Position numbers and translations under genes: made by a program. Of a DNA stretch of 61,337 nucleotides, positions 54,508 through 61,337 are shown piece after piece. Every line of letters begins with the position of its first letter. The stretch's first letter is position 1. The stretch spans positions 1 to 61,337 of the forward strand of contig JAKLKB010000023.1 of NCBI GenBank assembly GCA_023150835.1, written 5' to 3'. Under the pieces are notes generated by a model that worked only from the letters and a program-made list of their open reading frames with translations, was not told the origin of the DNA and made no database searches. This DNA comes from Myxococcota bacterium. Its GTDB lineage: Bacteria > Myxococcota_C > UBA6777.

Positions 54508-56544
54508 ATGTTGGACCGCAACACGTTTTCACCATACACCAAAAAAATCCGCACACACCAACTTTTTCGGCGACCACGACGCTTGCTTTCGTGGGCATGG
54601 CTTGTGGGCTGCGCTCCCGCACCTGTACAGCCCGCATCCGCAAGTTTTTTGCTTTTGTGGGCATGGGTGGTGGGGGTTGGGCTGCTGTTGGCTGGATGTC
54701 AAACTACACAACACAACCTTCAAGGCTACGAGTCTTTGTGGGGTAGCAAAACACCCTTGCCATCGCCGATTCGTCATGATCCTCCGCGACCTCACAAACC
54801 CAATCCCCGCTATCTTGGGAGCGCACAAGCCTACACCGCTTATCTTCGTGGGCGACTGTTGGCCCAAGATCAACACCACCACCACGCGATCAAATCCTTC
54901 AAGATCGCACTTGTTCACGACGCCAACTCCGCTTTTTTGCACTACACCATCGCCCAACAATACACGCAACTTGGCGAATGGGTGCAAGCTGTGTTTTGGG
55001 CGAGACGAGCCGTCGAACAACAAAAGAATTATGCCCCTGCGCATCATCTCTTGGGTCGCATCTATTGGATTCAGCGCAATCAGGCCCTTGCCATCGCCTC
55101 TTACAAACAAGCCATCCAGTCCGACCCCCGCTATCTCGATGCTTATCTCGATCTCGAACAACTTTTGTCGAAGGCCGAACAACCCCAACCACGCAAGATC
55201 CTTCTCGAATCCTTGATCCGCCGCCGCCCAGATGCCCACCAAGGCTATTTTCTCCTCGCCAAGATCCACCAAGCCGCCGGTGATATCGAGCGCGCTTTGC
55301 AACTCTTCCAAGAAGCCGTCAATCGCCAACCTTCGCACATCGAAGCCCTGTATCACATGGCGCAGATCTACGAAAAGCAAAAGAACACCGACGCTGCCGT
55401 CCGCTGTTATCTGTTGTTGCTGGACTACCAGCCCGAAGCTTGGCAAGCCCGCATGGAACTCGCCGCTCGTTGGTTGCAACGACGTGCTGCTTTTGATACG
55501 CAGCGCGCCGCTTACCAACTGCGCTACATCATGCGCGAAGCCACACAGATGGAGTCCTACGAGCGAGCTTTTCGGATCGGTTCCACCTTGTACGAAAAAC
55601 AGCTTTTTGCCGATGCCATCGTTTGGTTGCGACGGGCTTTGCGCCTTCATCGCCAAGACTTCGTTGGTGGGATGTCTGCGCCCCAAGACAAGCTTTATCG
55701 TGCACACGCCCAGAATATCCGCTTTTACTTGGGCATGGCTTGGCGTGCCGATGGGCAGCCCCAAAAAGCCCTCCTGACTTTTCGACGCCTCCGCCCCGTC
55801 TCCAAAAATATCCGCCTTGAAACACAAGCCTACCAGATCGAATTGCTCGCTGAGTTGGGCCGTTATCGCGAATCTCGCGAATCGCTCAAACGCTTTCGAC
55901 CTCCCAAAAGCTCGATGCGTCGGTGGATTCGCCTCTCTCAAGCCTTTGCCGAACGCGCTTCTCTCGAAGATCTCGACGCCGAGATCCGCGATCTTCAAGA
56001 ACGCATGAAAGAAGCGCCTGCTCCCGAAGAAGGGCTGATGCACCTCAGTTATCTGCTGTTTAAGCAAGGCCGTTATGTCCCTTGTGAACAAGAGTTGAAA
56101 AAAATCCTCGCCAAAAATCCCCGACACGCCGGCGCTTTAAACTTTCTTGGATACTTGCTCGCCGAACAGGGTATCCGTCTGCCCGAAGCTGAAAAGCTCG
56201 TCGCAACGGCGCTTCAGATCGAAGCCGACAATCCTTCTTATCTCGATAGCCTTGGGTGGGTTTATGTGCAGATGAGGCAGTGGGTCAAAGCCGAAGAAGC
56301 TCTCCACAAAGCCAGCGAGCGCCTTCCCCGTGATCCTGCCGTCTTGGCGCACCTTGCCACGCTTTATCAACGCACAGGCCGTTGGCAAAAAGCCCTTGGG
56401 GCCTTTCGCCGCGCTCGCGCTCTACGCCCCGAACCATCGCTCCAGCGCAAGATCGAATCCAACATCCAAGCCCTGCGGCGACGACTCCCCAAAGTCGATA
56501 TCTCCCGATCTTCCCGACGCTCCCAGCATCCCTCATCTCCTTGA
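54508..56544 (+). CDS. Multi-TPR lipoprotein
   Basis: Lipobox LLAGC; many TPRs; ALNFLGYLLAE...YLDSLGWVY signature of the TPR protein usually encoded before lolB. Start uncertain. Confidence 0.9.
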   Translation: MLDRNTFSPYTKKIRTHQLFRRPRRLLSWAWLVGCAPAPVQPASASFLLLWAWVVGVGLLLAGCQTTQHNLQGYESLWGSKTPLPSPIRHDPPRPHKPNPRYLGSAQAYTAYLRGRLLAQDQHHHHAIKSFKIALVHDANSAFLHYTIAQQYTQLGEWVQAVFWARRAVEQQKNYAPAHHLLGRIYWIQRNQALAIASYKQAIQSDPRYLDAYLDLEQLLSKAEQPQPRKILLESLIRRRPDAHQGYFLLAKIHQAAGDIERALQLFQEAVNRQPSHIEALYHMAQIYEKQKNTDAAVRCYLLLLDYQPEAWQARMELAARWLQRRAAFDTQRAAYQLRYIMREATQMESYERAFRIGSTLYEKQLFADAIVWLRRALRLHRQDFVGGMSAPQDKLYRAHAQNIRFYLGMAWRADGQPQKALLTFRRLRPVSKNIRLETQAYQIELLAELGRYRESRESLKRFRPPKSSMRRWIRLSQAFAERASLEDLDAEIRDLQERMKEAPAPEEGLMHLSYLLFKQGRYVPCEQELKKILAKNPRHAGALNFLGYLLAEQGIRLPEAEKLVATALQIEADNPSYLDSLGWVYVQMRQWVKAEEALHKASERLPRDPAVLAHLATLYQRTGRWQKALGAFRRARALRPEPSLQRKIESNIQALRRRLPKVDISRSSRRSQHPSSP

Positions 56545-56579
56545 TATCGATCTCTTCCTATCCGATCTGGAGGTTGCCT

Positions 56580-57362
56580 TTGTTGCGTGTTGTTATGTTG
56601 TGCCTTTCGTTGTTGTTTCTGACTGCTTGCCCAAACAAGCACACGCTCCGCCCGTCGACATCGGATGATGCTGCTCGCGAAGCCCTGCTTCAGCAGATCC
56701 TTTTGCAACGTGCCTCGCTGCTTTCTCTCGAAGGCAGCGCCAAACTGCGCATCTCCGAATCAGGAAAAAAACGCCGCATCTTCCGCCTTTTTTACATGAT
56801 GAAACGCCCCAATCAGCTTTATCTTGAGATCACCGCCGCACTTCAACAGCCCGGAGCGATCATCACCAGCGACGGAAAGCGTTTTGCTCTACACAACCTG
56901 CTCCAAAAAGAATTCTTACAAGGCCCTGCCGAACGTCTCCCCAGCCTCCTCGAATCGTACCTACCCGCCACCCTGCCGCTCGATCAACTGATCCTCGCTT
57001 TGCTCGGTGATCCTCCCATCCTTCCGGCAAAACAGCGGCGATGGTCCAAAGAAAAAAACCTGTGGCTGCTCTCTCTCCAAGGCGATGCACACAAACAAAC
57101 GCTCTGGATCGACGAACAAGCCCGACAGATCGTGCGTGTCGTCTTTGATTGGGACAAAAAACCTGCGCTCACGCTCGAATACGACGGCTTTCGTGGGATC
57201 CCTGCCCTCCCTCGAACCGTCGCTTTTGCCCTGCGTTCGCGTGGATTGAAGGCCGATTGGGTCTTCTTAGAACAAAAACGCAACACCCAGCTTCCCGAGA
57301 AGAACTTCCAGCAAAAAGTCCCCGCAGATGTTCCTGTTCGTGAACTCGCCGTCGTGCGTTGA
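56580..57362 (+). CDS. LolB-like/DUF4292-like lipoprotein
   Basis: TTG after GGAGG; lipobox FLTAC; beta-rich LolA/B-type pattern (RPNQLYLEI, ITSDGKRFAL, QTLWID, LPRTV). Confidence 0.7.
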   Translation: MLRVVMLCLSLLFLTACPNKHTLRPSTSDDAAREALLQQILLQRASLLSLEGSAKLRISESGKKRRIFRLFYMMKRPNQLYLEITAALQQPGAIITSDGKRFALHNLLQKEFLQGPAERLPSLLESYLPATLPLDQLILALLGDPPILPAKQRRWSKEKNLWLLSLQGDAHKQTLWIDEQARQIVRVVFDWDKKPALTLEYDGFRGIPALPRTVAFALRSRGLKADWVFLEQKRNTQLPEKNFQQKVPADVPVRELAVVR

Positions 57363-57406
57363 CCCTCTCTTAAACCACCCCACGCGACGAAAAGGAAGTG
57401 GATACG

Positions 57407-58729
57407 ATGCTTCGGTTCTTTCGTTTGATCTTTGACTTGCCTCGGCTCTCGTTCCTTGTCTTGGGCATCTTGGGTGGAGTCGCCGCTGTTGCGCTTGCTC
57501 ATCCGCCCACCCCACGCCCTTTTTCCCTGCCCACCCCACGCCCTTTTTCCCCGCCCTCCACACGTCCCCTCTCGGCAAATCCGCAAACGGCACAGCAGAA
57601 GCGCATCGCGGATGAAAAAGCGCGGCGTGCCAAAGACCCCTTGGTTCGGCGCATCCAGCTTATCGGTGGTTCTCTGGCGTCTTCGTTGATCCAGCATGGC
57701 CTTGATCCCGATAATCCTTGGATGTTGGCGCACATGCTGTTGGCTTTTGGCAAGGATCTGCGTATGCCCGATGGCAAGCCTGTGATCGAACGCATCGTCG
57801 AATCCGCTTTGCAGTTTCGCGAGGTCAAGGGCCAAAAGATCCCGTATTTTCCGAAGGGAGATGACAGCCATCGCATCGAACCCCACCCCTTTATGCACAC
57901 CAAGATCATGCTCGCTCTCGGTGTGCCGTGGGATTATCGCTTCAAAGTACACGGCCAAAGCGTCACGCTTGGGCAACTTCATCACGGGCTTGTGCAGTCG
58001 TTTCCTGCGGTGCTGAACGAGTACCAGATCCCGGAGTTTGCGTGGGCTTTTGAAGCCATGTACGGTCGCCTGCCCAACCATGCTTGGGAATGGATCAACG
58101 CCGAAGGGCAAAAAGTCTCTTTTCTGCCGTTGTTGCGCAGCGCCTTGTTGCAACTGGAAGCCGATACGCGCTTTTTACGCGAACTCAAAAAACAAGGCGT
58201 CTCCGTGATCCAAAAAAATCGTCAAGGCGTACACGCCCATGCTTGCGGCGGGATGCACTTTATCCAAGCGATGATCCGATGGTCTGCGTTTCCCGGTTTC
58301 CAAGGCCGCTTGCAGCCCTATCTCGCCAACCAGATCGATCTCGTCTTTTATCGGATGCAAGGCGAAGTTGCGCTTTACCAAGGGATGCTCAAACAATACG
58401 CCCCGTCCGATTCCAAAGACCCCAACGCCAACTACTACCGCTTTTTGCTCAATCTTCAACAAATGAAGTTCCTTGGTCATGCGCTCGAAACGTTGATGCT
58501 TGCCTATCGATGGGGGGTATGGCGTCCGACCACTCCACAACGACAGGCCACCCGCGAAGGAGTGATCCAGCTACTTAACGCCATCGAAACACTCCAGTCT
58601 CTCGGCTTTTACAGTAACCCCCAGCCGATCAAACAAAAAGCCTACCAGTTTTATCTCGATCTGATCGGCGATGCGGGACACGCTGTCCACGCTCTCCGCC
58701 TCATGCCTTACGCCATGTTCGAACCCTGA
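57407..58729 (+). CDS. Conserved exported hypothetical protein with His/Cys motifs
   Basis: Signal peptide; DPDNPWMLAHMLLAFG, EPHP, HACGGMH, KFLGHALE; codon usage typical of the window. Confidence 0.8.
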   Translation: MLRFFRLIFDLPRLSFLVLGILGGVAAVALAHPPTPRPFSLPTPRPFSPPSTRPLSANPQTAQQKRIADEKARRAKDPLVRRIQLIGGSLASSLIQHGLDPDNPWMLAHMLLAFGKDLRMPDGKPVIERIVESALQFREVKGQKIPYFPKGDDSHRIEPHPFMHTKIMLALGVPWDYRFKVHGQSVTLGQLHHGLVQSFPAVLNEYQIPEFAWAFEAMYGRLPNHAWEWINAEGQKVSFLPLLRSALLQLEADTRFLRELKKQGVSVIQKNRQGVHAHACGGMHFIQAMIRWSAFPGFQGRLQPYLANQIDLVFYRMQGEVALYQGMLKQYAPSDSKDPNANYYRFLLNLQQMKFLGHALETLMLAYRWGVWRPTTPQRQATREGVIQLLNAIETLQSLGFYSNPQPIKQKAYQFYLDLIGDAGHAVHALRLMPYAMFEP

Positions 58730-58748
58730 TCCGAAAACCTGCATCCGA

Positions 58749-59345
58749 TCAAGTCTGCTCAATCTCCATCAGTTTGAGGATGGAAGAGGCACCTTGGTAA
58801 GCGCCGAGGGCTTCGAGCAGATCGTCAGGTTGGGCGGCGGAGACGATCAATCGGCGATGATCGGCGTGGACAAAGCCCTCTGCGATCGCGTGATCGATGA
58901 ATTGCAACAAGGCATCGAAGTATCCTTCGACATTCAAAAGACCGATGGGTTTTTGGTGGATGCCGATCTGTGCCCATGTAATCACCTCGAACAGCTCTTC
59001 AAAAGTCCCGTATCCACCCGGCATCGCGATAAAAGCGTCGGACATCGTCGCCATCTTGGCTTTGCGTGTGTGCATGGTGTCGACGATGTGCATCTCTTGT
59101 GCACCTTGGTGGACGATCTCTTTGTGAGCGAGCTTTTCGGGGATCACTCCCACGACATAACCGCCTTCTTCGAGTACGGCATCTGCGATCTTGCCCATCA
59201 ATCCGATGCTTCCGCCCCCATAGACCAAGCAGATGTTTCGCTGTACAAGCAACCTTCCCAAGTGTTGCGCTTCTTTCACATAACGGGGGCGTTTCCCTTC
59301 GCGTGAGCCGCAAAAAACACAGATGCTTTCCAATCGCTTTTCCAT
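58749..59345 (-). CDS. LOG family phosphoribohydrolase (TIGR00730-like)
   Basis: [34 protein letters not shown]. Confidence 0.95.
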   Translation of the reverse strand: MEKRLESICVFCGSREGKRPRYVKEAQHLGRLLVQRNICLVYGGGSIGLMGKIADAVLEEGGYVVGVIPEKLAHKEIVHQGAQEMHIVDTMHTRKAKMATMSDAFIAMPGGYGTFEELFEVITWAQIGIHQKPIGLLNVEGYFDALLQFIDHAIAEGFVHADHRRLIVSAAQPDDLLEALGAYQGASSILKLMEIEQT

Positions 59346-59390
59346 GCGTTTCTCTCCTTTGTACTCTTGCTTTTCTGGGAGGATCTGACG

Positions 59391-60107
59391 ATGCCTTTGG
59401 TTGTTTTGATGCGTTGGCCGCTTTGGCTGGCCCTCTGGATCGGTATCTTGTCTGCCTGTAAGAAGCAACCTGATCCACCGCCCACATCACCCCAAACCAC
59501 GACAGCCACAAACAAACCCGCCACCACCGAACCCGCACCCGCCCAACACACCGCGCCTCATGTGGTGTTGTTTCTTGGGGACTCCTTGACTGCGGGCTTT
59601 CAACTGGATCGTGCGGAGGCTTTTCCTGCGCTGGTGGAAGCCGCATGGATCAAGGCAGGCAAGCCGTGGCGCTCACGAAACAGCGGGATCAGCGGCGATA
59701 CGACTGCGGGTGTGTGGAGTCGGCTCACATGGGTACTCAAACCCGACGTCCACACGGTCTTTCTGGCGATCGGTGGAAACGACGGACTGCGCGGGATGGA
59801 TCTTGCAGCGTCTCGTGAGAATCTCGACAAGATCATCCGACGCTGTAAAGAAGCCAAAAAACAAGTCGTGATGGCAGGAATTCAATTGCCCACGAACTAC
59901 GGGCCTGATTATCGCAAACGCTTCGCAGAGATGTACACCCAACTCGCCCAACAACACAAACTTCCGCTGATGCCGTTTTTGCTCAAAGATGTCGGCGGCG
60001 TCTCGGCCCTCAATCTCCCCGATGGCATCCATCCCAACCCCAAAGGCCACCAGATCATCGCACGCAATCTCCTCCATTTCTTTCAAAAACAACACCTTTT
60101 GCCCTGA
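59391..60107 (+). CDS. tesA: SGNH arylesterase/thioesterase (TesA-like) lipoprotein
   Basis: Lipobox [31 protein letters not shown]. Confidence 0.9.
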   Translation: MPLVVLMRWPLWLALWIGILSACKKQPDPPPTSPQTTTATNKPATTEPAPAQHTAPHVVLFLGDSLTAGFQLDRAEAFPALVEAAWIKAGKPWRSRNSGISGDTTAGVWSRLTWVLKPDVHTVFLAIGGNDGLRGMDLAASRENLDKIIRRCKEAKKQVVMAGIQLPTNYGPDYRKRFAEMYTQLAQQHKLPLMPFLLKDVGGVSALNLPDGIHPNPKGHQIIARNLLHFFQKQHLLP

Positions 60108-60213
60108 ACAACATACTTTTTTAACATCCCACCGCTACTTGTTGCTTGCGTGATGAATCCAACGCATCGCCCTTCGGTCGCGTCATCTCGTTTGGAGCGG
60201 TGTCGCTTGTGGA

Positions 60214-60339
60214 CAAAAAAGCCGTGCTCGCGGCCCATCAAGCGGAGCCGTTGTTGTTTTGAAAAACCTCTGCTCACCCCGTCAACATGGGGTCAAAGGG
60301 GCAAAGCTCCCTTGTGGGGTGTGGGCAAAGCCCCACAAA
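60214..60339 (+). repeat. ~130 nt dispersed double-hairpin element, copy D
   Basis: caaaaaagccgtgctcg...caagcg...tttgaaaaac...ggggtcaaaggggcaaagctcccttgtggggtgtgggcaaagccccacaaa. Confidence 0.8.
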
Positions 60340-60382
60340 CACCGTACCAACATCGAAGTTCTATCCAAAAAGGAGTGTAGTT

Positions 60383-61132
60383 GTGCAGATCACCGATTCT
60401 TCCGTATCTTCCGAGCCTATTTCTACAACAAAAGAAGTCCTTCTCGAAGTGATCGATCTTCACAAGTCCTATCTTTCGGGGGGACGGCCATTGGAGATAT
60501 TGAAAGGCGTATCGTTATCGATTCATCGGGGCGAAAGCATCGCTTTGACGGGGTCGAGCGGCAGCGGCAAGTCGACGTTGTTGAGCCTTCTGGCGGGGTT
60601 GGATCGTTTGACAAAAGGGCAGATCCGTTTGCGTGGACAAGCAACGCAGGACTGGGATGAAGATCAGCTTGCGCGTTGGCGGCGAGAAGAAGTGGGGTTT
60701 GTCTTCCAAGACTTTCGTTTGATCAAGAGTTTTACGGCGTTTGAAAATGTCTCCTTGCCGCTGGAGATCCTCGGGTGGGACGGCCAGAAAGCACGAGAAC
60801 GCGCCGAACAGCTTCTTGAGCAACTCAAGATCCGCGAACGAGCAGAGCATTTCCCGCATCAACTTTCGGGAGGAGAGCAACAGCGTGTGGCGATCGCACG
60901 AGCTTATGCGCATCGACCGCTGTTGATCTTTGCCGATGAACCGACGGGAAACCTCGATCCCGAAACCTCGCAACAAGTCCTCGATAGCTTCCTCCAACTC
61001 AACGATGAAGAAGGAACCACCTTGATCATGGTGACGCATGACATGAGCATCGCACAGCGGATGCAGCGGCATCTTCCTTTGCGTGCGGGCCGCATCGATG
61101 AGACATCATCCTCCCCGTCGCTGCGCGTTTAA
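60383..61132 (+). CDS. ABC transporter ATP-binding protein (YbbA/LolD-like)
   Basis: GTG after AGGAG; GSSGSGKST, LSGGEQQRV, IFADEPTGNLD, VTHD. Confidence 0.95.
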   Translation: MQITDSSVSSEPISTTKEVLLEVIDLHKSYLSGGRPLEILKGVSLSIHRGESIALTGSSGSGKSTLLSLLAGLDRLTKGQIRLRGQATQDWDEDQLARWRREEVGFVFQDFRLIKSFTAFENVSLPLEILGWDGQKARERAEQLLEQLKIRERAEHFPHQLSGGEQQRVAIARAYAHRPLLIFADEPTGNLDPETSQQVLDSFLQLNDEEGTTLIMVTHDMSIAQRMQRHLPLRAGRIDETSSSPSLRV

Positions 61133-61311
61133 TGGGGAGCGTCTTTTTCGATAGGATAGAATTGGCCGGTTGTTTTGTTTTTGTGGGGTGCCACCCCATA
61201 AGTCAGTATCGCTTGATTTTTGTAACTTTGGTGCTTGAGCAGCAAGGTTCTTCGGGGTCCGTTCAAACCAACGCCATGAGAGAGGTATCAAGATGCAACA
61301 CATTTCAGCCA

Positions 61312-61337
61312 GGGCAACCACAGGGGGTTGCCCCTAC
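61312..61337 (-). repeat. GTAG-REP core, copy 4 (at the window edge)
   Basis: Reverse complement GTAGGGGCAACCCCCTGTGGTTGCCC. Confidence 0.8.

Overview
This 61 kb window is core chromosome from a Myxococcota/deltaproteobacterium-like organism with roughly mid-50s % GC, estimated by eye. The assignment rests on five Hanks-type kinase genes, PEGA/TPR proteins, Cys-rich lipoproteins and a split F0 operon. Housekeeping genes are gyrA, atpZ-atpI-atpB-atpE, ilvE, an FtsN-like SPOR protein, clpB, miaB, a DUF151 nuclease, VanZ, an SLT transglycosylase, rluD, xerD, a LOG protein, tesA and a ybbA-like ABC ATPase. I found no rRNA, tRNA, CRISPR array, transposase or prophage. The most notable observations are: (1) a tandem pair of paralogous membrane-anchored kinases, where the first is a clear pseudokinase (Gly-loop, HRD and DxG all lost) and the second is intact, each behind an 800-950 aa disordered N-terminus; (2) two dispersed families of palindromic intergenic elements with compensatory base changes, one about 130 nt (4-5 copies) and one a GTAG-REP/REPIN-like unit (3-4 copies); (3) very frequent in-frame tandem duplications and insertions in otherwise conserved proteins (AtpI, DUF151, a spermidine-synthase fusion, VanZ); (4) a nested-stem 150 nt leader with mutually exclusive pairings ahead of a kinase-PEGA-kelch lipoprotein operon; (5) a 205 aa (GQQ)n tract and a giant Ig-like lipoprotein that the ORF track misses. 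All family calls come from motif recognition, not database searches.
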